DNA of 64,000 nt from Amphiscolops sp. MND2022 (lineage: Eukaryota), in assembly GCA_964187785.1 (NCBI GenBank), contig OZ076409.1, forward strand, positions 88,724,001-88,788,000. Reading direction: 5' to 3'. Of the stretch, positions 24,349 through 36,078 are shown piece by piece. A program made the translations under genes and the position numbers. The notes below the pieces were generated by a model. The model searched no databases and was not told where the DNA came from. It worked only from the letters and a program-made list of their open reading frames with translations. Position 1 is the stretch's first letter. Every line of letters begins with the position of its first letter.

Positions 24349-25643
24349 CTAGAAACAAAGCATAAATTTACATAATGCAGATATTGAAAGCAAAAAATTG
24401 TCAAATCTGCAAAAAGTTTGTGTCGATCAATAACCGAATATCATTCACAAAATTTGGTTTCGGAAGGATTAAAAAACTGGCACTGAAGGTGCAACAAAAA
24501 TGCTAGATAACAGCTGAACTTCCAGCAAGCATGATCACAGTATATTGCTACAGGGAATATACATTTATTATAAAAAATGAATTCAATTCAAATAGATTCT
24601 CAACAGAAATGCTTACCGGAAGAGCACTGAAAATGACAAAAGTGCTCAGTTAGTAGACTGGTTCTGAATACATGCTGAAAAAACTATCAGAGATTTGGAC
24701 AGTGCATAAGCATGAAGCCAATTTCGGAAAAACAATTACTTTTTTCTACTTTTCAGCAGCTGATGTTAGCAGACAATAGCGCCCCAATCAAAGACTTGAT
24801 GGGATTGTCTGAATCTTCTACCCCAACTTTAAGTTCCTCACTCTAATTAATTATCAGTTTAAAACAATTAATTTTAAAACAATTAATTGACAAATTGTTT
24901 CATAAGGAAATTAATATTATTCGTTTAGTGATGCCGAAATTAGACATTCATGTTGTTCTCAATTAAAATTGGTTGGGTGTGGAAATGTCAAACCTGGCAG
25001 TGAAATCTTATTCTATTTGATCACATTCAATTAGGTTTAATTAGAGGCGGAGAAATTAGCTCGAAAAATAGCGAGGCGTTTTGTATTGACGTGCTTTTGA
25101 CTCTATAAAATGGGCGCTTTGCCCATACACGGTTGACGTTTCATACGAAATGACTAATTCCATAGATGTTATTTCTTCACCTCAAACAATATTAAATCTA
25201 GGACGGCGGTCTATCAGTGAAAATTCCCGTATTCTTTTCAACACCTTCAATTCCTTGGAAATGAACAGCAGGAAGAGGGAACAAGCATTAATTGAATTCT
25301 TGAAACTCTTTGAAGGCAGCTTACGCTCAAAGTGGTAAGGAACAACTTCAGGGACTACTCAACTTACAATTAAATTGCGCAACACCATAAAACTTAAGCA
25401 CAACAAACAGGATACGAATCAAATGTCTCTTTCTATCGTAGTAGGTTCATGGAATCTTTCTCCGTATTAGGTCATTGCTACAAAAACCATCAATATCATT
25501 CCCACAACTTCATATTATAAAACTAATGTCAGGCATAAAACCACAAACCATGAAAGAAAAAAATCAACGGGGAATAAAATCACAAATAACCCACCACTGA
25601 GGTGCAAACGACGATAGAGGTTATAAACGAACAAGCGACTAAC

Positions 25644-25823
25644 CAAGCTAGTTGTCCTCGAATTGGCGGCAAGGTTGGAGAGCATTTGCTGTTTATCCCG
25701 CAATACACTCTGTTGCAAATGAATTTGTTCAGCCTGCCATGCCTGTATACCCTTCAGTTCTTCCAAGGTAGCGGTGGCATTAGCGAGCATTTTAGGGATA
25801 TCTCCATTTGATAAATCAGCAGC
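25644..25823 (-). CDS. ASPP: ASPP-family gene, coding exon 4
   Basis: ATLEELKGIQAWQAEQIHLQQSVLRDKQQML resembles ASPP LTLxELxxMAxRQQQQI; attttag acceptor, GTTAGT donor, phase 0 to 0. Confidence 0.85.
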
Positions 25824-26148
25824 CTAAAATTACACCTTATTCTAATAATTACTCATTAAATGAAGGACAACACCGGTTGCTAATCAAGTCTAGAGGAGAG
25901 AAATTTTAATTTAATCAAGTTGGTCATTCTAGAAAATATTTGAGATGTTTCAACGACACAAAGCAGACCTCAACAAGTTGAAAAATTACAGAATTTGAGC
26001 TAAAAACGTGATCCCCTCTCAATTTCGCGTTTCCATTCATCATAACTGGATCAGTCGGACACAGATCCAACTTTTTGATTGAATTGGTTCAACGTTCGAT
26101 TTCACCATGAAGTATGATTAGTCACCAATAATTGAGTGAAATGTTAAC

Positions 26149-26210
26149 CTTGGCATAATTTTGAGTAGCAGGAGCCATTTGTTTATTCGCGCCACCCCCA
26201 CCTGCACTAT
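26149..26210 (-). CDS. ASPP: ASPP-family gene, coding exon 3 (62-nt linker exon)
   Basis: tgtttcag acceptor, AAG/GTTAAC donor; supplies the phase 1 to 0 switch required between exons 2 and 4. Confidence 0.7.
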
Positions 26211-26349
26211 CTGAAACACATCAGAGTATAATTCAAATTATAAGTAATCCAGTCCGCTATAAATTGATTTCTTTCTCCCAAAATTAATTACAAATAGAGA
26301 AAGTTCAGATACAAAGTACAGTCTCTGATTGCAATTTAGTATGTTACAA

Positions 26350-26545
26350 ACGGAAACAGGAAAAACCCAAAATCTGCGCTGTTTTTTTTCAGTTTCTTGG
26401 TCCCGGTTTCTTGATTTCAGAAACATCAATTCAATAATTCGTGAAAATGCGTGTTCAAGAGATTTCTTTCCCATACGTTCAACTAGTGCCTTCAGAAGTT
26501 TGCAGAAATAATTCGGTACGAAATCGTACCATCGTGCATTCAGGG
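26350..26545 (-). mobile_element. Partial piggyBac-like MITE (same family as 15029)
   Basis: Reverse-complement similarity to 15029-15250, ending gggTTAA. Confidence 0.6.
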
Positions 26546-26595
26546 TTAAAACTGCACCTGCGAAATCAAATTCGACGATGCTGAACTCATCTTAC

Positions 26596-26703
26596 CTTCG
26601 GCATCTTTGGATACTTGCTTCAAGAAAAACTTGACTTCAGAAGCAGCTGGACCCCATTGACGCAAAATATCACACAGTCGTTCGTTTTCTTTTATGCTCC
26701 GTT
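26596..26703 (-). CDS. ASPP: ASPP-family gene, coding exon 2 (RA/ubiquitin-like domain)
   Basis: ERSIKENERLCDILRQWGPAASEVKFFLK parallels ASPP2 ERPVADNERMFDVLQRFG..EVRFFLR; ttttcag/GTAAG, phase 1 to 1. Confidence 0.9.
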
Positions 26704-27622
26704 CTGAAAAACAAACAAAAAATGAAAATTCAAACTATACGTTGCAAATAATCAATTTACATATAAACTCCAACCGCTGTGAGTTGCGCAGGCAATCAAC
26801 GATATAAAGATATGCATGCTACTCAGTGGGATAAAAACAATACTATTAACGAAGTATAAACAGATTCCTAAAAACCGAATGCCAACTAGACGACTTTCGA
26901 GAGTTGGAAATCTTCGGAAAGGCTGACTTGCGTTGTAATACCTGGATTTTCACTGATTGCTAAATGGCTAATTCTGCAAAATTTGTTCAATTGCGATCAG
27001 AAAAAGCGTGACATTTGAAGTCTCTAAAATTAGCTCATGAATACCGCGTCTAAGATGAAAGCCTAATTTCTACCTTGATAGTCTGAATATAAAGCGTTGA
27101 CTACAGATACGCCGCAATTTTTCACGTATATTCTAAACAAAACACCAGCTGAGCTCTTGGTTCAAAAATATACTTAAAAGGTAATTAGATAGTTGTTGAA
27201 CACTGTGAAAAGTCACCCACAAAAACATCCAAACAATGTAAACGAACTGTATAAAACAGTTGATAGTTGTGAACAAGGTTCAATTCCTCTATACTGCGGA
27301 GTGGGTGCCGAACGAACAGTTCTGCTTCTCTAAAATGGTGCCTATTCCGAATACTCCACATACCAGGCTCACTACCATATGGCCACAATGGTCTGACTAG
27401 CCCCAAATGCTTTAACCACTACATGATCCCCAAAAACTAAAACTCAAGATACTTTTGGACCACTGACTAATTCGAATATATCTTTTTTCTTGAAAATGTG
27501 CTAGGTAGCCAAACCATTTCTCATTTCTGTGGAGTTTCATACCAAAACGTGGGACAAAAATGCAAACAGTCCAAAACAGAAAGTTGAATAGTTTTGGTTC
27601 ATTTCACGCAATTCCTTGATTG

Positions 27623-28072
27623 AACAAGCCGGGAACGGCCAAAGTCGGTGCCATATCTAAGGCTCAAAAATAGCAAAAGGACTTCAAAGTGTCAAGTATT
27701 CTCTTCTACAAGACCCGCATGAGGAAAAAAAATTCTGAATTTTTTTGAAGTCTCCGGTAAGTCGCATAGTGCCGAAAAATGTAAAAGGGGGGCATTCGGG
27801 ATTCTTCAAACATCCATTCTTTTAAAAAATAGAAAAAATTGAAGGGGGACCCTTTGGAGACATTAAAAAAATTTGCCAAAAAAGTTTCACAAAATTTTGG
27901 TAAAGGGTGAGACTCGAACCCACGTCCTTCTGCTTGGCAGACCTCAAAAAATCCTAATTAACCTATATTTCAAGTGGCAGTAGAAGTTACATAGGTGTGA
28001 CAGTTAGCGGAAGTCAGCTTATAAGATCTGTCACTTCGTTGGCCTCAAAAAAAGAGAAGTCAGTACTATAGC
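27623..28072 (+). mobile_element. HINE/DINE-1-like element lacking the terminal hairpin, with tRNA-like segment
   Basis: aacaagccgggaacggccaaagtcggtgcc start; antisense T-arm gtgggttcgagtctcac at about 27907-27923. Confidence 0.7.
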
Positions 28073-29865
28073 TACCTTAAAACACCAGGAAAAAACTCTG
28101 TCTCTGAAATCCCACTTATCAATGAAGTAACTCCTTCGGAAACTTTTTCCAAAAGAACAAAAGAATGCGTGAGGAATGTGAGGACTACTGACTCAACCAA
28201 GGAGAATTGAGCTTATGTCTTTTCCATTTTTGTCAACAGAAACAATGTAATTTCGTATGTTCTATCATTTTTAGCACGATATGCACCATTTTGTTCTACA
28301 ACTCACGGATCGCTAGTCCTTACCGATTAGAAGACGATAAAACGATGAATTTCGAAATCAATGGAAAAAGCTAGAAAGAGCACTGCACGAATTTCCTTGA
28401 GATTTTAGCGTTTCTGATTATCAATGGAAACCTTCCATTCGAGAAGCAAACTGATCATTCAAATGTTCTCGAATACTGCTTCATCGAGATCACCGAATCA
28501 GCTACACACAAAGATAGCAGCAACATATTAGTCTGAATTTTGTCTATAACACCAGACTGATTGTAGTGCATGCTCGACACCCCTTCGACTCCAAAAAAAC
28601 GAGTATACATTGACCGTGCACTACACAATGAATATCACACAAATGGAGGTTAGAGACCATTCCGGGATTCCCTCTCCATAGAACATCATTCCATGGAACA
28701 ACACCCTTTAGCAGATTCATTTATTTAGCAGTCATGACCATTATTTTAGTTGAACACATGAAAGATAATCGTTCAAGAAAAAAATCAAATTATCCATTGG
28801 GGATTTTTACTCAACTTAGTTAATTCAAGTTCTTTTTTTAAATTTTCCACTGGGGCCGTTAAATGGACTTACATCGCCTAAAATAACCAAAAACGATATT
28901 TTGATACCAGCTTCAAAGAACTCCAGATACCGTTCACAGAAAAGTCACTTCTCTAATTTAGTGAATTTTGCTCTAAATTGGCAGCAAAAATCAAGTGGAA
29001 GTAAATTTATCAGATAATAGTGATTAACAAATGAAATCATCAATGTCAAAACAAACATTCAACAGGCATGGTTTCCTAACATGGGAAATGAAAGGGATCC
29101 ATTAATCAGGGGTGTAAAAAGATTATCTTAGCAAAGATTATCTAGATAACGGTAAATAAGATAATCGACTTTTAAAACAAAGTAAATAAAGATTATCTAT
29201 CTGGCCTAACGAACTGGTAATCTAGATTATCTAATTTTCTACTATTGCCAGGCTAGCAGCTTCTCATTATGTTAAGAGAATGGATAAGTTGTGAAGCAAA
29301 CAGCAATTTCGTTTACAAGTAATTTGCTGTTGTTCACACTACCAGCTACACTATCATTCTTTGAAGTATTGGATATAGGACAACACAAAGTAGTGAATTT
29401 CAGAACATGATAGCTTAGTTGGTAGCGCAAAAGGCTGCGGCATAATAGGTACGCTGATCAAGCTGCAGTTGGCGTCGGTTTTTGTTTGTTTTCATTCACT
29501 TTTGTCAGTTCATCTCTTGAATTTCTTGGCACGATCTTGCAAGATTCTTACCAAGAAATCCAGGAATATCCAAGATTCGTATCAAGAGTTTTTACACTGG
29601 GAAGATATTATCGGCACGTCGAATATTGCTGAACGACTGTTTGGTGTTGCTGGGAATATATGTACGCCATCGAGATCATCAATGTGCCCAATAACATTTG
29701 AAGAAACCCTTTTCTTAAAGGTCAATCGCAAATTCTGGGACATTAAAATGATAGGTGATATCATTGATTTGTAAATGGATTATTTAAGAAAACCTCAATA
29801 ATCTAGATATTCTTAATAGTTTAATGTTAGATAATCGGTTATCGCTTTTAATCAAAGATATTATT

Positions 29866-30801
29866 GACATTGAAGGACTCTTCACCAACGAACAACAAAG
29901 AGAAACAAAAACAAGCCGAGAACGGCCAAAGTCGGCGCCATATCTAAGGCTCAAAATTGAAAAGGGGGGACCCTTCGGGCTTTGTGAAACTCCAGCTGGT
30001 TGCAAAAAATGAAAAAAAATTGAAGGGGGACCCTTTTGGGACATGAAAAAATTTCTCATAAATTTTTTTAAATGAGATTTTTGAACAGTGTCACAGTGCC
30101 GAAAAATGTAAAAGGGGGGACCCTTTGCAATTTTTTGACATCCATTGTGTTGCAAAATATCGAAACAAATGAAAAGTCTCATAGTGCCGAAAAAAAAGTG
30201 GAACTATGTGGGGATTCTTAGTGTGTTTTCGAGGTTCTGGAGTCTGTTTTGTTTTTTCTTTCCGTTTTGGACGCGCTTCTGAGGTTGGAGTTGTTGAGGT
30301 TTGACGTTGTTGAACAAATGAACAAAAAAGTGGACCTTACGTGTCTAAGAAAAACTACCCACTGTAAGAGTTGGGCACATTTTCTACTAAAATGCGCCGA
30401 CTAAAAACAGGGGGTACAGCTAATGATGCCGGTTGAATACAGAGGAAACGTGAGTGAAGATTTCATTACAAGACTCAAAGAACATGGGATGAAAAGCGCT
30501 CCAGTCTTCAAGCATTTTCAGGCATGCAATGAGGAACTAACCCCTCTCTTAACACCAAAGAGGAATTCAAGACTCACCGCCTACAATATGCCTTTTAGCG
30601 CACGAGCCGCCCACCCCTATCACCACAAAGATGGTTCCATTTTGTATGGTAGCATCTACCTTTATCCTAAGAACTCAATTAACTGCTTTTTAGCCATTCT
30701 TTATTTTATGTTTTATACTTTTGTTGTTTTTTAGATAAACAAGATGATCTCATAAATGATCGAAAAGCTTCTTTGCAACACATTGCTTTTTCTCTTCCAC
30801 C
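29866..30801 (+). mobile_element. Penelope-like retroelement 3' fragment (internally deleted GIY-YIG region)
   Basis: 11-bp TSD aagatattatt (29855-29865, 30802-30812); TRLKEH..SAPVFKHF and PSLNTKEE pieces typical of PLE GIY-YIG C-termini. Confidence 0.6.
29907..30407 (+). mobile_element. Complete HINE/DINE-1-like element nested in the Penelope fragment
   Basis: aaaacaagccgagaacggccaaagtcggcgcc ... aaatgcgccgactaaaaa. Confidence 0.8.
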
Positions 30802-30981
30802 AAGATATTATTTGTGATAAGATAACTTACACCCCTGCCATTAATTATAAACAAAACGTAAGTTTTTACCCAATCACCGCCTATGAGATGACAATATATA
30901 CGTCGTCACTAACTTACCACAAGCAAAAGAATGAGGACCTGGAATTTTGCGAAATCTAAGTGAAACAAAAATATCAAATAT

Positions 30982-32130
30982 CAGGGCCTGGCAATTAAAA
31001 ATTGGAAAATAATTGGGGATAAAAAATGTTTCAATTAATAATTGATGAAAATACTTGCCAATCAATAATTGATACCAATAATTGCAATAATTGAGTCACA
31101 TGAAACAGTAAGAAATGAAAACAAAAATCAATCGAAAAAAACAATTACGAAACGATATCAATCAGAAAGAACAGAATTGACCGTTTTAACGGTCCAGTAC
31201 TTTTTGTTCGCCCGAAGGAACAACTGTTGTTCCAAATGTTCAGGGGTTATATTCTGTCTCAAATCATTCAGAGCATAGCCTGCAGCACTAAAAAACCTCT
31301 CCAAAATATTGGATGTCGGGAACAAGAAGCGACAGTTAAGATATTTCGATCCATCCCCCTTTTTCTGCCTCTTTTGCAGAATTTCTTCAGCGAAATCACT
31401 CTCTACTATTACCGGAGTTTGGTTTTCTTCGTCATCTTCATGTTTTTTCAATCTTTTACATTGTAAAATTTCGGTCAAGCTGAGCTCGTTTTCTTTCCCA
31501 TCAAGAATTTTTACAATTCCTGTTTCGAAATGCTTATTCTTCACAATACGGGCGTTTTTTTCCGAGATACTTATTCTCTGGATCGAGTTTTGGAAACTTT
31601 TTAGCTGTTTCGTCAATGAGCAATCGGGCAGTGGACATATCTAGTTTTTCCTTTTGCAGCGCAACACTCACGGAGTTCAAATCTTTTAGTTCTGAAAATA
31701 AGGAGTCCAGTTCAGAGTTTTCTTTGGGAGAAAGTAATAGGTCAACTATATTGGCTTCAGATTGCATCTCTTCTTGTAATATTGATTTAAATTCACGATA
31801 TCGACATATCATATCAAAGACACTCGACTGCTGATGTTGCACTTTTATATGAGCATACAAATTGCTCCAACCTGTACCTTTTCGCTGCTTCAATTTTCGG
31901 CCACATTTGCAAAGCCAAGTATCATTTTCACTTTCGAGTAATTTAAAGAATGTTTTACAGATCTCAGCTTGATTTTTCGACATGCTGACCTGAAATATAC
32001 TGAAGAACAATTATTGCAATTATTGAAAGCACGGAATCAATTATTGGTAATTGAAAAGAATAGCAATTAAATAATTGTTTATCAATTATTGCAATTAATT
32101 GGAATATCAATTTTTAATTGCCAGCCCCTG
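30982..32130 (-). mobile_element. Internally deleted hAT transposon
   Basis: 8-bp TSD tcaaatat (30974-30981, 32131-32138); 23-bp TIR caggg(c/g)ctggcaattaaaaattg; caatta/taattg subterminal arrays. Confidence 0.93.
31158..31983 (-). pseudogene. hAT transposase remnant (BED-like finger joined to C-terminal region, frameshifted)
   Basis: WLCKCGRKLKQRKGTGWSNLYAHIKVQH then VSVALQ... and PTSNILERFFSAAG...R....PEHLEQQLFL; catalytic middle missing. Confidence 0.85.
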
Positions 32131-32184
32131 TCAAATATCAGGTCAATTAAATCAAGGGTCAAGCACTAGTAGAGAAATTCTAAC

Positions 32185-32329
32185 CACAGTCCCGCCAATA
32201 CTCGGTGAGTTCGTAATGATAATTATCTGGAAACTGAAAGGCGTTCAACACATCTTGGCACGTTGTTGTTGGTGATATCCGAAAACCTTCACTCCGACCA
32301 CTCTCATCGAGGTGAATAGTTATATTCAT
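32185..32329 (-). CDS. ASPP: ASPP-family gene, coding exon 1 (start codon; exon begins at 32386 after an acceptor)
   Basis: MNITIHLDESGRSEGFRISPTTTCQDVL...ELTEYWRDC parallels ASPP2 LTVYL..VTPETICRDVV..LAEVW; GTTAG donor phase 1; tttgtttccag acceptor 57 nt upstream of the ATG. Confidence 0.85.
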
Positions 32330-33270
32330 AATTCATAGCACCTCATGAATCTTTTCACAGTATAACTCAGTGAATACATCAATGATCTGGAAACAAAAAA
32401 CACAAAATATTGCCAAAAATTTTTTTCAAAAAACGACTTGACTCTTCAGGGGCCCGAAATTTGTTTTCAAAGATCTATAGAAGTACATCTATCAATTCGA
32501 GATGGAAAAAATGGTATGCAACTTTTTAGAATGATGGAATTTATTTGAAATAGGAAAAATGAGAGATTGAGATGTAGATAGAGAAATCGACAGAAGGTAT
32601 GATTGAAAATGGTTAAATTTTTCAGCCGGTGAAAGGAAGTACGAGGACGGGAAGTACAAGGCTCTCATAGCTAGGGGCGCGAAGGGGAATTCCCAAACAG
32701 CCGAAATCCCAAACAGTAGAAAATGAAAAAAATGGTCTCAAACAGCAGAACAATTGTTCATGTTGCAATCTGATTGGCTGAAATTTGAAATCGACTCGAA
32801 TTCCTAAGCTTAAAACAGTGATGATTACAGAACCGTTTCGAAAGATAAAAAATAGTTGAAGCGGAGAAAACGCTGGGACTCAAAACTAAACCCACGAAAT
32901 GCGAAATTTTTTCCTTGGGGACATCACTGAAAAACGCCGATCGACAAATTTAGCATCTTTCCAAAAACTTTGCCCCGGGATCAAAACACCAAACATGAAC
33001 TTCGACGATATTTCGAGTACTCAGCTGGCTCACCACTGGATTCCGGACGTTTCGGCAAAAAAAGATGCCGAAACGTCTCAGGCTAAAAACATTTGCCAAC
33101 GTTTCGTATGTTATGTGGGGCATATCCGGTGTATGCACGCTCGACCTCACCGTCGCAAAGACCAGCTCCCACTACGATCGTTTTGCGATCTCCGTTCCCG
33201 CTAGGTCTTTGCTCCTGTTCGACCTCGCTTAGCAAAATGGGAACATAAGCGGCCCCAAGGGGCCGCGGGG

Positions 33271-33613
33271 GGTGGGCGGAAATAGGTCGAAGGAACGGGA
33301 TCGAAAATCAGAGTTAGTCGTCAGGTCGACATACCAAATTTTTGAATGGGATTGAAACAACTCGGATCGAAATTTTTATAACGTAGTCAGATTTGTTCAC
33401 ATACCCCTAGTGCCCTGAATGCAGGAGCGAAGCGACGTGCCATATGGCCATGCCTCAATGTTGCTACATTGATGTATCAATCTGAAGCCAATGTTGCTAC
33501 ATACAACAAATACGATAAAATTCGACCGCATTCCATTCGATCCCTGCAATTCGATCAAAAGATTCGACCTCTGTCCTTTCGACCAAAAAAATTCGACCTA
33601 TTTACAGCCAACG
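33271..33613. mobile_element. MULE-like MITE inserted in the left TIR
   Basis: About 10-bp TSD ggccgcgggg; ends aaataggtcgaa / ttcgacctattt. Confidence 0.75.
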
Positions 33614-33736
33614 GGCCGCGGGGCACTAGAGGAAATGGGGACATATCCGAGGCACGCTTTATGCTTTGTATCATTCCTGCATTAATAGTCTTATCGCTTT
33701 TCTTCAATTCCAGAATTTTACTAACTGGTATATTAT

Positions 33737-33996
33737 GGATTGCATGAAATGGGTCGAATGAAATAGGTCGAAAAGAATTATGTCGACCCTTTTGGTCGAA
33801 TAACTTAGGTCGAATTGACTGAGGTCGAATTGGGTCGAATGGACTTGGGTCGAAATCAATATGTTGTCTCCCTTGAACTTGGCATTTTTCAAGGTCGACC
33901 CAAGTCCATTCGACCCAATTCCGAAACGGTGAAGATTCGACCCATGGCACAGGAGACCGATTCGACCCATATCTTTCGACCCATTTCCGTTCACCC
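33737..33996. mobile_element. MULE-like MITE with GGTCGAA/TTCGACC arrays
   Basis: 9-bp TSD gtatattat (33728-33736, 33997-34005); ends gaaatgggtcgaa / ttcgacccatttc. Confidence 0.8.
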
Positions 33997-34000
33997 GTAT

Positions 34001-34080
34001 ATTATCTTGGTTTTGTTTTTGGTTTTCTACAAACTGGTTAGGTCCAGTTTGTAGAAAACCAAAAACAAAACTAAGATAAT
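34001..34080 (+). repeat. 80-bp palindrome (37-bp arms, 6-nt loop)
   Basis: attatcttggttttgtttttggttttctacaaactgg-ttaggt-ccagtttgtagaaaaccaaaaacaaaactaagataat; single G-T mismatch. Confidence 0.95.
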
Positions 34081-34098
34081 ACTCATATTTACTCACAC

Positions 34099-35320
34099 TT
34101 GAGCTCGAGAGACTCTGTTAATTTATTAGTCCTATTTGATTTCTCTAAAGCGTTTGATAAAATGAATCATACTATCCTGATGAAAAAGTTGCTGCAAAAT
34201 CCCATCTCCAAGGCATTATTTGAGCTAATACAAGACTACATATTGGGAAGAACACAGAAAGTTCGAGTAGGTGACCAGTTATCGAATGAGCGGGCTGTAA
34301 CATCTGGAGTCCCACAGGGATCGGTGTTGGGACCATTACTCTTCTTGATTTATATAAACGATCTCCCCACTGTTGTTTTCTCATGTTGGCTTTACTAATA
34401 GCCGACGATTTGAAACTGTTTTCAATGGAAGAGCTGAACAAGAAACCTTAGAGGAACTACAAATCGACTTACAAGCCCTTCACAACTGGAGTGTGCAAAA
34501 TCATCTACTATTCAATTTGAAAAAGTGTTCAATCAGCGAATTTCAGTTCGGCAGAAATAAGAACACTCTGGAAGGAGTTTGTTTCATTATATAGGGTCGA
34601 AGTTTAAACCACAAAAGCCTTTTTCGTGACGTCGGCCTGATGATAGACGAATCACTAAACTGGACCGAGCACGTCAAAGTTAGAGTTGGGAAGGCAGCAA
34701 AATCTTTCTTTCTGCTAAGAAGAAGTTTGTCCCCGATCATTTGTACCCAAGGTAAAGCCCATCTCTACCGAACAATAATAAGAGCGTCGTTACTTTTTGC
34801 ATCCCAATGCTGGGAACTAAGAAAAACTAGTTTCAAAATCATTGAAACATTCAACAAAAAAGTTTTGAAGTGGATTTGCGGGAACTTGGATTATAAGTTT
34901 GCTTTGGTCCAATCAAACTTTTTGCCACCACTCTACTTTAAAGTGCTCAAAGACCTTTTACTTTTCAGTAACATACTGGAAGGACGATACAATGTGGATT
35001 TTTCGAAAGAATTCAAAGTCACAAACAGCGATAGAAGGAGACGTGTTGTGCTTCCAGACACTAGATATGAAATACGGAGGCGGAATTTTTGGTACAAATT
35101 TGGATTCAGAATAAACGTCGTGCAAAGAATTTTCGATTTCTTCAACCCAGAGAATCTCAAGAAGAAACTACTTGAATATATGTGGATGTATTTTAACAGA
35201 CGTTATACTGAAAACAATCCCTGTACTTGGATTTTTATTTGCTTATGTGTGGACTGTCGTGCCAATCCTAGATTGTAATAGCGGGGTATAATTCCCCAGT
35301 GGCATATCCAATAAGCCCTT

Positions 35321-35369
<49 letters not shown>

Positions 35370-35407
35370 TAGAAATAATAATAATAATAATAATAACAAT
35401 AATAATA
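34099..35407 (+). mobile_element. 5'-truncated CR1/L2-group LINE (RT C-terminal half, 3' UTR, (TAA)n tail)
   Basis: [36 protein letters not shown]-terminal TWxxxCxCxxC; short 3' stem-loop ggggtataattcccc and microsatellite tail. Confidence 0.88.
35322..35407 (+). repeat. (TAA)n microsatellite, LINE 3' tail
   Basis: Direct reading; a few interruptions. Confidence 0.95.
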
Positions 35408-35490
35408 CGGGACGTTTCGGCATGAAAAATTTGCCGAAACGTCTCGAATTTTTTTTGCCGAAACGTCTTTGCCGAAAAATCCTGTTCCCG

Positions 35491-36078
35491 TTGAGTTTGA
35501 CGAATGAACAGGAAAGTCCTCTCGATGGAACTCAGAAAAATTGGACACAACCTGTCCACGTAAAAACCGCTCAAGATTTGATTTCTAGAATGGATCACAA
35601 ACGTTCGAAAGTTTTCAACGCTCATCAGGGCAAATTCGGGTCTCAATGGCTGAAGGTCGTTCCTTGCATGAACCTAGGCCTGAAACTTGATGATCAGCAA
35701 CTTCGAATTTCATTTGGTTTGCGTCTCGGTGCCAACATCTGCGTTGCGCATACGTGCCACTGTCGTAAAAGAGTTGAACGGGACGGTTTACACGGTCTTT
35801 CTTGCACCAAAAGGGCTGGTCGCTTCTCACGTCATGCTACTCTCAATTCTCTCGTAAAGCAGACGTTTGGATCTCTCGACTTGACTTCAATGGTCGAACC
35901 GCGTGGACTGTACCGAACAGATGGCAAACGCCCAGACGGTGTTACCATGATTCCTTGGGAAATGGGTAAACAGCTGGTGTGGGATGTCACGGTTGTGGAT
36001 GCTCTTGCACCCAGTCGCCTGAATCAAAGCTTTTCATGTAACCCGGGAACCACTGCCACCGAGGCCGAAGCGCGTAAA
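35491..36078 (+). mobile_element. CRE-clade non-LTR retrotransposon fragment (zinc knuckle plus restriction-like endonuclease)
   Basis: LRLG..C...TCHC.......HGLSC, RH..LN, EP, RPDG...PW..GK.LVWDVT; truncated at AEARK before the usual KxxKY. Confidence 0.8.

Larger units (their letters stand above)
29107..30837 (+). mobile_element. Non-autonomous hAT element with transposase C-terminal remnant and nested insertions
   Basis: 8-bp TSD ccattaat (29099-29106, 30838-30845); TIR caggggtgtaa / ttacacccctg; TSNIAERLFGVAG..R..M.P...E..LFL dimerisation motif at about 29610-29774. Confidence 0.9.

Noticed and set aside
27898..27943. Functional tRNA gene
   Set aside because: Only a 3' half; no D-arm or acceptor 5' strand. 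Reported as element cargo instead.
33750..33990. GGTCGAA/TTCGACC arrays as iterons or CRISPR
   Set aside because: Explained as subterminal motifs of a TSD-bounded MITE.
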